A program made the position numbers and the translations under genes. Below are positions 10,401-19,332 of a DNA stretch of 44,408 nucleotides, one piece after another; positions within the stretch are counted from its first letter, which is position 1; every line of letters begins with the position of its first letter. This stretch comes from Candidatus Undinarchaeales archaeon (GTDB lineage Archaea; SpSt-1190; JASMDC01). The notes under the pieces are model-generated. The model ran no database searches. It was not told where the DNA came from and saw only the letters and a list, made by a program, of their open reading frames with translations. The stretch is from assembly GCA_030753015.1 (NCBI GenBank), contig JASMDC010000028.1, positions 1 through 44,408 on the forward strand, given 5' to 3'.

Positions 10401-13400
10401 CGTGCACGTGTTCTGGTTGGCGCATTGATCGTTGTTCTCGCAGCACAGGGATCCCTCTGCGCAGCATACACCGTTCTCCTTGTGGAGGCCTTCGGCACAC
10501 TCACCGTCCGGCTCACTTGTCGGGACCACGGGGAACGCGATGTTCTTGGTGGTCTTAGCACCATCGAACACGGACACCTCGAGCCTGCACACACCGGGCT
10601 CCGAACCACTCCTGATCGCGATCTTCTTGGTGACGGTGGTCACCCCTTCTCCGCCCAGAGAGAAATAGATGGGCATGGAACTGGAGACGCGGCACAACGA
10701 TCCGTCCACGTCCTCCTCCCGAGCGGCGTCGATAGCGAAGGTACGCGCCATGCATGGCTGTGTCTCAGTGAGGGAGATGGTGACAACAACCTCTCCTTCC
10801 GCGTTGTTAGAGAGCTCCTCAGGGAACTCATCGATGGTCATCTCGTAAGCAGTGCACTGCGGGATTTCGAGCTCACGGACAGGTGCAATCCCAGTACATG
10901 AGACCATCCAGATGTCGTGGTCCGGGGATAGCTCGGTCGTCGGTGAGCAACCTGACTCGTCCATCTTACAGGATGAGATGGCCACGGACTCTATGACCTC
11001 ATCGTCTACACAGGAGCCGGTCCTCTGGCGCGTGCATCCGAGCAGGCCCATCCTGGCAGCGAGTGAATCAATGTCCTCGCAAATCATCGTACGCTCTGCA
11101 AGAGCGAGCAGAATACCCGTCAGGCATTCGGGCGATAAAACGGTCACGCTGGTAACGCTCGGTGCGGCCAACCTCTCGGCTAGCTCGATGGGATCGATGC
11201 TATCAGGATCGGCGAAGAACACCATCTCGCTGCTCGAGGTGAGGGGCGCGCACCTGCCCTGTGATCCCGTAGGAGCACAGTAGCTTGCCGAGAGCCCTTG
11301 GCCGCAATCGGCCGGGCTCAGTCGGGAACAGTCCCAGTGGTCAGCGAACACGCTCAGGTCGGTGAACGCGGAATCATCGTCACCAGGTCCCTCCTTGGTA
11401 CGGATTGTCTGCATGCACATATAGCCAAGAAGATCGTTCGATGCCTTGACAATACTGTCAGCCCGCAAGACATCCCCCTGGTCTACGATCGGGTCGCCGA
11501 GGTTCATGATCGTGTGGACCGTCTCGTTCGCGGCCCATCCCCGGACTACCTCGCCCACGAGCTGGTCCCAGCCATCGGGGAGCTTCTCGGTGATACGGGA
11601 CATGGCGTTCGAGATGTCGTGGAGCTCAGCGATATCCTCGCCACGAGCGAGCATCTGCGCGTTCTCCTGTGCGACGACGCACACGTCGTTGAGCACAGTT
11701 GACATGAACCCGAAGAAGGACATGATCTCTTCCAACCTCAGCGGTTCGTCACCCTCGTAGGTTATGGGTGTCATGCGGGCCCACTGGCGGGCGCGCTCCT
11801 CGCGCACGAGCTCCTCATAACCCTTGGCGACGGCGCTGAACCGTCCCAGGTCGAACACGTACCACTGTCCGGTCCAATTGCCGAGCTCGGTCGTGATCCA
11901 TAGCTCGCACTTCTCGCATAATCCCTGTTCCCATTCGATCAGTATATTGGAACGCGAGAAGGAGATGATCACTCCGTGGTCGGGTATCGTGTACTCGGAG
12001 GGAACGTCGGGGAGCGGGGGGTACGCCAGCTTCACTCCGTTCTCCGAGAACAGGGTCGCCTGTCGCGAGCGGAGGAACAGATCCACGCTGATCTGGCGTG
12101 GGATGTCCTCGAGCTCGGTGGGATCCAGGTTCGAGACGAAGGATATTACCTCGTTGGGAAGGTCCCGATGGGTCGACTGCAGGGTGAGCCGCGTGCCCGA
12201 TAGCACTACATCTGCACCGTCATCGAGGGCCAGCGTCTGCTGCTTGACGCCGCAGTCCGCATCGATACAGGCCTCGAACACCTCCTTGGGCTTGTTCTCC
12301 TTCTTGATCGGATCGAAAGTGACCTCGAGGTTGCGCTGGATACCGTTCCAGAACATAAGCTGGTTGTATGGCACACCGTACTTAGTTCTGGCCGCTTCGA
12401 AGGCTTCCCTAGAATTCTCCTTCATCTTCTTGAACCCATCGAACTCCAGGCAGCTGAACTTACCGAGGCTCTTCATCTTCACCTTGCACACCTCGTACCG
12501 CTCGAGCGCCCACTGCTGGTTCTCGGGCATCATCTTGTCCCAGAATGCCAGCGTTTCGCGCGTATCCATCTCACCGACTGTCGCCGATTGCTGCCCTCTT
12601 GCGAGACCGAGCATTACGTCCGACAGCCATTTGGATATCCGTTCCTTATCGATGATCTGGTCGGTCCATACTCTTTTGAGAGCTGGTACCTCAAGATTTA
12701 GATCGACGGGCCGGGACGGACCACGCTCAAGGCCGGTAGTGCCTTCGCGGATGTTCAGGAACGCATCCTCCGCCAAAGCGAACTCATCGATATCGTCAAG
12801 GGCGTTCTGTGCCTTGATGTAGTAGTCCTTGAGGATCGTGGTCATAGCGAAGAAGTCGCGGATATAGTGCGTGCACAGCAGCGACAGCCCCTTGCACACC
12901 TCGAGCGAGATGAGCTGGTCGCCCAGACACCCGGGGACGCAGGACTCCTCCTCCTTGTCCTCAAGACCCTCCTTGTAGATACGGATCGGGATCACGACCT
13001 CCTTTGGCAGGAAGGAGCGACCATCCGAATCCAGGAAGCTGTTGAACACATCGGCCCGTAGCAGCCAAGTGTGAGGCAGGTCAGAACGCGCTCCGTTGTT
13101 GTGGAGAGTGCTGGCACGGAAGGTGAAGGTCGCATTGTACGGGACTCCCTTAACGATACCTCCCAAACGCTCTCGTGTCTGGATCGCGGACGTTCCGAAC
13201 TCCTCCTGTAGTGCAGACAGCGCGTCCTCCTCGTCATCGGTCATATGACTTGTGATCTGGACAGAGACTATGTCCGCCCAGAAACAGCCGCTGATCTGCA
13301 CGCGCTTCTTTACCTCTTCCTTGTCCATGCGGAAGTGGAGGAGGTTGCGGAACCCATCTGCCATGAGATCATCGGTCACGTTGTCCAGACGGGTTGAGAA

Positions 13401-16400
13401 GAGTATCTTCTCAGTCGTGGTCTCCGTGCTCGGTGTGAACCGGACGAACACCTCTATGAACTCGCCAGGATAGACCGCGGTATCGGATACGGAGATCTCG
13501 AACAGACCTTCACCTGTATCGATACCCGTCCCATTACCCAGACCGATGGAGAACGGTTCGTCCACGGTGTCAACATAGACCGCGTTATCCAATATGAGGA
13601 TCTCGGTCTCACGGGTCGAGTTGAACACCTCGCATTCCTCCAGGTCGACTTCACAATGCTCACGCCCGGACCAGTAGGAGAGCTCGAGGTCGTACAAGCG
13701 GAATGCCGAGAGGTCCAGCGGGAACTCGTGCATGACGACCTTACGCTTGCCGGCTCCACCCGTGGGTTCGAGCAACGCCGCCGGCAGTACCGCACCCTCG
13801 CCGCCAGGGCATGTGTATTCCGTCGTCTCCGGATCGACGCCCATCAAGAGCGCGGTGTCGATCATCTGGGTCGACGTTGGCGAGGCGAGATATACCGCAC
13901 TGCTGGCGTTGAAGGCCAAGAATGCTTCTTCATCAAAGGCCCAGGCCGTAGGGGAGTACCGCTCCAAGAGCTTCTTGGTACCATCCGCGAGCTTCACGAA
14001 CGCTTCGATGTCATCAGCCACCGATCTGATGCTGAAGATCTCTATCTCGGAGAGACCCGACTGGGCCTCCGAGACCGTCTCGCCCGTGGCGAGCACTATA
14101 TCGCCATCCTCGTCTACGACCTGATCTGTGTTGGTCGCGAACTGGCCATTGATAACATCCGTGACGACAACAACTGCCACGTACCGGGCGGTGATGGGCT
14201 GGTCGAACACGACAAGGGTTTCTTCAGCGTCAAGCTCCCAGATGTACTCATCGACGAGCTCGTACACCTCAGTGTCGTTGGAGACGTGTATCTCGAAGTT
14301 ACCAGGCTTCATGATGACATCGTCCGCTAGCTTGAAGGCGTAGAGACGCAGGCCGGAGATGCCCAAGGGCTCTTCGAGGTCAACCTGGATCCAGTTCCCA
14401 TTATCGGCCACGAGCGAGCGCCAGCCGTTTCCGACCTCCATGATTACACCATCGGTGAGCTGTGTGATGTCGTCAGGTATATCCTCGTATGTAGGCTTGA
14501 GCGGATGGTAGCCGCATGCCACCGACTGGCCGCTCACGATAGCACGCGAGTCCACATCGATCTTGCGGTTCGCGAACCTGTTCTTGGCGATGTTATCGTC
14601 CGACAGGAGCGATGCTACGATTTCGAGCCGCGGGAAGAGCGCATTGTCCATGATGTTGACGAAGCCAAGCTCTACGGGGACCTGGCCTAGGCCATAGAAG
14701 ACACCGTCCTCTTCCACGAGCTCGGGATATGCGTTCTGCCCGTCTGCATCGGCCTCGGAAAGGAAGCCGATGGATTGGCGCACCGGCTCGAGCCCTGCCC
14801 CGTCAGTACATGCTTCCGTTCCGCTATAATCCGTGAGCTTCACACCGAGAGCGACCTCCTTACCGTATCTTGAGATGAAGTCGCGGTAGGGATTGATACC
14901 GGCAAGGATGTTCTTGAATCCGAGCTCGATGCTCGCCTCGGTCTCATACCAGGCGACACCATCGACAGTGGTCTCGGTCTTGCCGTTGGAAGCACCGAAG
15001 GCACATACCATCACGGAATGCATTACACGCTCTTCGCCCAGAAGTGCGTTGACATCATCAGGTGTGATGGTCAGACGGTTCCAGTCCTTCTCGGTCTCGC
15101 ATCCGTCACAGGGCAGAGCAGGCGTCAAGGGCACCATGCCTACACCGGCCGGGAGGGCGTCTGCGGCAAAGAACCTCTCAGGGTGGGCCTCCTTCGTGAG
15201 GAGCCCACCACATGCTGCCGGATCGGCGTCAGTGCAGTACAGTACGAACGCCTGGGCTTCTGCTACACCCTGGTCATGTTCAGCACTGCTCTCCCAACGG
15301 AACTCCATGTCGCTTATGGACAGTCGGCCCTTCGAGGCCGCTGACCACACGACATCCAGGCTGCATGTCTTGCCATCTTCCGAAACTGAGCAACCCGAGC
15401 AGGTGCATGTCTCGACGATGCCCGTCAGTGCCTCAGCGATCGCATCATCCTCCACAGCCTTTGCACCCACGAGGTCCTCGGCAGGAATGTCCGCGCCGTC
15501 ATTGCCGAAGTCGGCCGATAGGCTCTTGATAGCAGAGACTATGCCCGTGTACGTATGCGTGTGGACGTCGGATGACGAGTCAGCGGGAGTGTGGACGTGA
15601 CACCCGTCCTCTGAGGACGTGTACTCCCTACCAGCGATGGTGACCGTGTGCGTATGACAGCCACCGGCCGCGTTCCCGTCGGCGATCTCGTGGGAGTGGC
15701 ATGACTCACCAGTCGGGTACAATGTACCTCCAACAGTGATATCATGTCCGTGGCATGCCTCATCGGTAACGTCCCCCGCCACGATATGGCCGTGGGAGCC
15801 GTCCTCCTCCGTCGCCAGGTCCTCAGTGAGGGTTCCCTCCAGATCGAAGCTCGCACGGGTGACCTCTACACCGATAGGGAGGACGAGCTTCGTTGTGATC
15901 GTCCCTCCATCCTCGGGGAAGTCGATGACACGGGGTGTCTGCCCGTCCAGGGCCGTCGCCATCCCGTGGAGCCACCGTTTAGTGGAGGTGGCAAAATCAT
16001 ACGTGAACTGCATATCGACCGCACCCTTATCGAGCTCGAAGTATAGGCAGTGTGCCTCCTCGTCATTCTGCTGCTCTTTGGAATAGGTCTTGCTCTCCAA
16101 GACGAGCACGTCCTCTTCAGCGAAGTCCAGGCGGCGCGTCTCCTCGAGGTTAGTAAGGTCCGAGCACACATCAAGGCGGGGGACCGTGAACACGTTCTCG
16201 CCCGTGATGGTGACACCTTCTGAACAGTTGGTAGCAGGAACGAACGCGAAGTCGATCATGTTCTCACCGAACTGGGTCTCATTGGTCAGTATACGGTGGT
16301 AGGTGAAGTTGTCCCAGGAGTACTCGATACGGAGCGTGGCACTCTTGCTCCCCTCGTCGTACATGGCACAGTAGGACTCGATCTGGGGATAGCCATCGGG

Positions 16401-17402
16401 ATGTGGGGCGAAGAGCGGCTTGCCCGTACAGGAGCCGGTCTTTGTACCCTGTTCGCAGAGATTGATACACGTGTCCTGCGTCCAATCCCAAGTGCAGTGC
16501 TTGGCACTGGGCCCGAGACCGCACACATCGTTCATGGTAGATCCCTCAGGCACGGTCTCGACGACGTTGGAGTTGATATTGGGTTTGAGGAAACCTGAAC
16601 AATCGAACGCCCCGCATTGTTCTATATCGGTACCCCCGCACTTCAGCTTGCATGTCTCGTCCTGCCCGCTCCAGTAGCAATTAAGGTGGAAGTCGCAGAA
16701 CTCCTTGGGCTGTGAGGAACAACACAGGTCATCCTTGCATGTGCACGGATCGTCGAGAGCGTTGGCCATACAGATCTGGCAGCTGCCACCACACCCTTCC
16801 TGGGTGTACTCAGCGAGTTGGAGGACATTCCGGTACTGCTTTACGAAATCGATTATATTGTGGATGGCACGGTCCTCTGCAGTAACGGTATGTGATATCG
16901 CCTTACCCAGTGCTTCCTCATAACTTGAGAGCACCTCGCCCTGGACATCGGTCGATTCGGAGTAGTACTCGTATTCATTTGCTCTACGTGGTTCGGCCGC
17001 GGTCCGGCCTACGTATCGGCGGAAATGTTCTGAGATGGTACAGAGCTGGTCGGCGTAGGTCTCGTAGTACGCTTGCAGATTAGATGTGTCGATGGTCGCC
17101 ACATTGCACTTCGTACCGAAGTCCGGTAGGTCAGGATCATCAGCATCATCATCACCTCCGTCGTTCTGTTCGATGCATTCGCAGAACCCGTCCACACAGG
17201 CCCGCACCGTCGTCCCGGCGCAGTCTATGCGACAGTCCGCAGCGAAACCGCTTGGACAACGAGGTTTGATACAATAGATGCCGTCGCATCCAGTGAACTC
17301 TTCCTTTCCAATAGGACACTCCTCCTCCGCTACCGCCAATGTGGTAGCAAGGACGAGTATGGACAAAAGGGCCATTGTCGTATTCAACGCTTTATGTGCC
17401 AT
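7461..17402 (-). CDS. Giant (~3310 aa) membrane-anchored surface protein/adhesin: Cys-rich modules, HxH repeats, F5/8 type C (discoidin) domain, five thrombospondin type 3-like Ca-binding repeats, Ig-like domains, helical stalk, C-terminal TM
   Basis: Signal peptide MAHKALNTTMALLSILVLATTLAVA, with GGAGG ~8 nt upstream of ATG 17402. Discoidin motifs NWIQVDL...ARYVAVVV...LSEIEIF. DxDGDG repeats. C-terminal LLPVAIGAALVVGALSLMML followed by RGPTKKRP. Confidence 0.92.
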   Translation of the reverse strand: MAHKALNTTMALLSILVLATTLAVAEEECPIGKEEFTGCDGIYCIKPRCPSGFAADCRIDCAGTTVRACVDGFCECIEQNDGGDDDADDPDLPDFGTKCNVATIDTSNLQAYYETYADQLCTISEHFRRYVGRTAAEPRRANEYEYYSESTDVQGEVLSSYEEALGKAISHTVTAEDRAIHNIIDFVKQYRNVLQLAEYTQEGCGGSCQICMANALDDPCTCKDDLCCSSQPKEFCDFHLNCYWSGQDETCKLKCGGTDIEQCGAFDCSGFLKPNINSNVVETVPEGSTMNDVCGLGPSAKHCTWDWTQDTCINLCEQGTKTGSCTGKPLFAPHPDGYPQIESYCAMYDEGSKSATLRIEYSWDNFTYHRILTNETQFGENMIDFAFVPATNCSEGVTITGENVFTVPRLDVCSDLTNLEETRRLDFAEEDVLVLESKTYSKEQQNDEEAHCLYFELDKGAVDMQFTYDFATSTKRWLHGMATALDGQTPRVIDFPEDGGTITTKLVLPIGVEVTRASFDLEGTLTEDLATEEDGSHGHIVAGDVTDEACHGHDITVGGTLYPTGESCHSHEIADGNAAGGCHTHTVTIAGREYTSSEDGCHVHTPADSSSDVHTHTYTGIVSAIKSLSADFGNDGADIPAEDLVGAKAVEDDAIAEALTGIVETCTCSGCSVSEDGKTCSLDVVWSAASKGRLSISDMEFRWESSAEHDQGVAEAQAFVLYCTDADPAACGGLLTKEAHPERFFAADALPAGVGMVPLTPALPCDGCETEKDWNRLTITPDDVNALLGEERVMHSVMVCAFGASNGKTETTVDGVAWYETEASIELGFKNILAGINPYRDFISRYGKEVALGVKLTDYSGTEACTDGAGLEPVRQSIGFLSEADADGQNAYPELVEEDGVFYGLGQVPVELGFVNIMDNALFPRLEIVASLLSDDNIAKNRFANRKIDVDSRAIVSGQSVACGYHPLKPTYEDIPDDITQLTDGVIMEVGNGWRSLVADNGNWIQVDLEEPLGISGLRLYAFKLADDVIMKPGNFEIHVSNDTEVYELVDEYIWELDAEETLVVFDQPITARYVAVVVVTDVINGQFATNTDQVVDEDGDIVLATGETVSEAQSGLSEIEIFSIRSVADDIEAFVKLADGTKKLLERYSPTAWAFDEEAFLAFNASSAVYLASPTSTQMIDTALLMGVDPETTEYTCPGGEGAVLPAALLEPTGGAGKRKVVMHEFPLDLSAFRLYDLELSYWSGREHCEVDLEECEVFNSTRETEILILDNAVYVDTVDEPFSIGLGNGTGIDTGEGLFEISVSDTAVYPGEFIEVFVRFTPSTETTTEKILFSTRLDNVTDDLMADGFRNLLHFRMDKEEVKKRVQISGCFWADIVSVQITSHMTDDEEDALSALQEEFGTSAIQTRERLGGIVKGVPYNATFTFRASTLHNNGARSDLPHTWLLRADVFNSFLDSDGRSFLPKEVVIPIRIYKEGLEDKEEESCVPGCLGDQLISLEVCKGLSLLCTHYIRDFFAMTTILKDYYIKAQNALDDIDEFALAEDAFLNIREGTTGLERGPSRPVDLNLEVPALKRVWTDQIIDKERISKWLSDVMLGLARGQQSATVGEMDTRETLAFWDKMMPENQQWALERYEVCKVKMKSLGKFSCLEFDGFKKMKENSREAFEAARTKYGVPYNQLMFWNGIQRNLEVTFDPIKKENKPKEVFEACIDADCGVKQQTLALDDGADVVLSGTRLTLQSTHRDLPNEVISFVSNLDPTELEDIPRQISVDLFLRSRQATLFSENGVKLAYPPLPDVPSEYTIPDHGVIISFSRSNILIEWEQGLCEKCELWITTELGNWTGQWYVFDLGRFSAVAKGYEELVREERARQWARMTPITYEGDEPLRLEEIMSFFGFMSTVLNDVCVVAQENAQMLARGEDIAELHDISNAMSRITEKLPDGWDQLVGEVVRGWAANETVHTIMNLGDPIVDQGDVLRADSIVKASNDLLGYMCMQTIRTKEGPGDDDSAFTDLSVFADHWDCSRLSPADCGQGLSASYCAPTGSQGRCAPLTSSSEMVFFADPDSIDPIELAERLAAPSVTSVTVLSPECLTGILLALAERTMICEDIDSLAARMGLLGCTRQRTGSCVDDEVIESVAISSCKMDESGCSPTTELSPDHDIWMVSCTGIAPVRELEIPQCTAYEMTIDEFPEELSNNAEGEVVVTISLTETQPCMARTFAIDAAREEDVDGSLCRVSSSMPIYFSLGGEGVTTVTKKIAIRSGSEPGVCRLEVSVFDGAKTTKNIAFPVVPTSEPDGECAEGLHKENGVCCAEGSLCCENNDQCANQNTCTAMAAQDLYYVTNHCDTESNRCIQDDAEKWVHCSATGKLCESGVGCVPPGPVNVIDMAIDAMIGDEYRRGEEFPVFVDVLDDKLDHITGATVTVTVGDSSVTLTEDPTLGYTTTLKLDTLGEHTLKVTADKEGNKATLEKTVTIYTILDLSWTVDPLSTFAGDQVIATLNAVDGEGQPVTDLKATFTLDGNEVQFNEGRVRIPADVDIVEPAHTLRACVSKAYYRPVTSCAEGESCCRPKIIFVDENPFQIEFPFDDPLDPDWPEPGIDTDGDGMDDGWEKYYGVSDPAADPDLDGLSNLQEFQRRTNPTKWDTDDDGYSDLDEVESGTNPLDPISRPPGAPKVRIDDDNDGMDDGWEKQHGVSDPAEDPDLDGLTNLDEFKKGTKPTVWDSDSDGFSDGNEVDAGTDPIDPKSRPPLPPVIVKDDDGDGMDDGWEKHYDVDDPAADPDMDGLNNLDDFLHGTDPGAWDSDGDGYSDGHEVEAGTDPIDPRSRPVTPPKLQKDEDGDGMDDGWESFYGVTDPAGDPDLDGLTNLQEFQQGTPPTTWDSDGDGYSDQDEAERGTDPVDRRSHPTGAPTLRVDEDNDGMDDGWERMHGVDDPSEDADLDGLSNLEEFQYGTNPTSWDTDGDGYSDKEEVKAGTDPVDPASRPLDFRIVEREAFFIGDDIPITIRSKRAGTVSCSSAWGEEPAQELSCTLEGGRCTMNFKPDRAGVLTIACNAFGIEKKMQVQVCDPADTSYCKNLPMRDLRPPLSFSLELIPTRLELAQGGSGTFSVKLANTLDSTATIEVQVAMPENLDSSILGWNAKSVSIDGAGERAEENSVTIPSDLLFGEYSATIRAKSGVNSIAKEVTISVKYDVDTLQDKMDEFETDLSTVESTILELQRMEVDPMTARLYLRKAIVSSLQMKRNFNDQRYVVAEEKLEEGEGTLDKAKREAELAKALVSISPQSRNLLPVAIGAALVVGALSLMMLRGPTKKRP
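8452..9602 (-). repeat. Five tandem 234-bp (78-aa) coding repeats, bacterial/archaeal thrombospondin type 3-like Ca-binding
   Basis: Unit consensus DxDGDGMDDGWExxxGVxDPxxDPDLDGLxNLxEFxxGTxPTxWDSDGDGYSDxxEVxAGTDPxDPxSRP. The GW Trp codons at 9567 and 9333 are 234 bp apart. Confidence 0.95.
15545..15800 (-). repeat. His-rich HxH repeat segment (6 motifs) within the giant protein
   Basis: SHGH..CHGH..CHSH..CHTH..CHVH..VHTH arranged as about three 31-33-aa units. Confidence 0.85.
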
Positions 17403-17548
17403 GTTCGAATCCTCCATTATCGCAAGGGAGACATCAAGTCGCAAGAAAAGAGGCGTCCGCGCATATCATCGACCCAAGGAGATACACCTTTACCCCTCCT
17501 GTCCTGTGTAGATAACACTCTCCCCTTCTGAAAGCGGTAGGCTGCAAC

Positions 17549-17566
17549 CATATAAATGGATTTTTC
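17549..17566 (-). promoter_or_regulatory. Putative BRE+TATA promoter of the giant protein gene
   Basis: The minus strand reads GAAAAATCCATTTATATG: a purine-rich BRE-like run followed by TTTATAT. Confidence 0.55.
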
Positions 17567-17794
17567 CTGTAAGGTTTCAGCCCGAACACCAATCCCACGG
17601 TCCGGTTCATGAGTAGTTGTTAGTCGTTGCAGGTCGTTGCGCATGATTTCAGGCACCTGTAGGTGCTCCCATTTTTAATATCGAGACGAATCAGTAGTTA
17701 AGAAGCCGAAATAAGACGATTTCTAGGAGAATTGCGCCAATCGAGGACACTGTGTATGTCAACCGATCGTCAACGATCATTCAAGACTGCAGTA

Positions 17795-19306
17795 CTAGCT
17801 CTGGTCCCACCAGAACACGTCACGGAGGCACTTATACCGGTAATCGTTGTCGAGGATGATGTTGCAGATCTCGGTATTGTTGAACCTGCGAGCCGTCAGC
17901 CACCTGCACTTGTCGGCCCTGAGCTCTGTCGTTGAGTTGTCGCAGACCGTATGGTCCTGGGTGGAGAATGCCTCGCACACTGCTCGTTCATCCGCGTCCT
18001 CAAGGCTCACACAGATAGATTTATCCTCGGTAGCATGGGCTACCTCGATAAAGCAGTTTGACCGGTAATTGTAAGGAGGCTCATCGCTCTGGATGTTCTC
18101 ACAGATCGAGACATCCTCGACCACGGGGGCGACTCCTGATAGGCATCTGTCGCGCATGTCCTCTGAGGTGATCTGATCACAGACGTCCGTGCTCTTCATC
18201 GTGGGAGCAACATCTGCCAGGCAGAGCTCGCGGTACTTGTCGACAGTGATGCTCTCACAGGTAGCGGAATCACCGCGTATCGAAGTGACATTGACGACGT
18301 GTCCATAGCAGATGTTACGCTCACGCTCAGCGGTGAACCGTTCACAGACAGTGACGTCGGTATAGTTCATAGTTTCGGCGACATCGAGGAGACAGCGATC
18401 CCGGTAATCTAAATCGTCCACCTTGTCACACACGGCAGCGTCCTTCATGTAGTTCGCGAGCTGAGTGAGGCAGCCGTTCCTCCGCACCTTTCCCACGATG
18501 CGGTCACAGATGGCCGCGACGGGCTGATTGTCGAATATGAGGAGGAAGCATTTGTCCCTGAGGTCGTCGGAGATTATGTTGTCGCAGACGACGAAAGCGT
18601 TCTTGTCCTGCACCACGTCAATGAAGCACGCCTCAACACCGGGAGGAAGGGGTGGCTTCGGACACCCCGTGCTGCGCTCCTTGGCGATGTTAAGGAAGCA
18701 CTGGTCGCGTTCTTCATCATCATCTATACGGTCGCAGAGGTTACCGTCCAACTCCTCGATCGCGACCTCCTGATAGCAGTATTGGGCATCTCCACCCTCG
18801 ATCTCGCAGACCTCCACCTTGGTGAGGGTCTTCTCGGAATGGACCGCTCGCTCGGTGCAGCAGTGGCAGAGATCGTCGCAGATCTCGTTCAGTTCACAGT
18901 CGGCATTGTGAGCGCAACAGCGTCGGCCCTCGTCACAGCAGATACCGTTCACACAGTTAGCGCTGCCGCAGTTCTCGTTCTTCTTACAGGATTCACCATT
19001 GGGAAGCACGAGCGGCCGCTTCTCAGGAGTAGGCTCAGGCGTGGCCTCGATCGTAGGAGCGGCAGTAGGCGTTGGAGTGGGAGTGGCCGTCGGAGAAGCA
19101 GTGGGAGTCGTCGTCATAACAGCAGTGGCCGTGGGCCGCTGGGTAGCAGTGGGTTTCGGAGTCGCCCGGGGCGTCGCTGTCGGAGTGGCCTCAGCAGGGG
19201 CCTCACGGCTAATGCAACCGGTAAGGAAGGCCATGGCCAGAACCACCGCCAATAACACGAGGGATGATCTGACGATATTAACGCGTTTATGGGGGTGCCT
19301 TCCCAT
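17795..19306 (-). CDS. Lipoprotein with Pro/Thr linker, Cys-rich domain and ~12 tandem Cys-pair helical repeats (~503 aa)
   Basis: Lipobox in LVLLAVVLAMAFLTG|C, then a (TP)n linker and CKKNENCGSANCVNGICC. Repeats of ~26 aa with consensus C..I.D...RD.C...VA. Start moved to ATG 19306, 23 bp downstream of TTAATAAA. Confidence 0.88.
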   Translation of the reverse strand: MGRHPHKRVNIVRSSLVLLAVVLAMAFLTGCISREAPAEATPTATPRATPKPTATQRPTATAVMTTTPTASPTATPTPTPTAAPTIEATPEPTPEKRPLVLPNGESCKKNENCGSANCVNGICCDEGRRCCAHNADCELNEICDDLCHCCTERAVHSEKTLTKVEVCEIEGGDAQYCYQEVAIEELDGNLCDRIDDDEERDQCFLNIAKERSTGCPKPPLPPGVEACFIDVVQDKNAFVVCDNIISDDLRDKCFLLIFDNQPVAAICDRIVGKVRRNGCLTQLANYMKDAAVCDKVDDLDYRDRCLLDVAETMNYTDVTVCERFTAERERNICYGHVVNVTSIRGDSATCESITVDKYRELCLADVAPTMKSTDVCDQITSEDMRDRCLSGVAPVVEDVSICENIQSDEPPYNYRSNCFIEVAHATEDKSICVSLEDADERAVCEAFSTQDHTVCDNSTTELRADKCRWLTARRFNNTEICNIILDNDYRYKCLRDVFWWDQS

Positions 19307-19332
19307 AGGCCGTGGTTCGTCACAAATGTTTA

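Noticed and set aside
17570-17794. AT-richer intergenic stretch with TTTTTAATAT, as a possible ncRNA or small gene
   Set aside because: I saw no tRNA cloverleaf, recognisable RNA motif or convincing ORF. It is probably terminator/upstream regulatory sequence.
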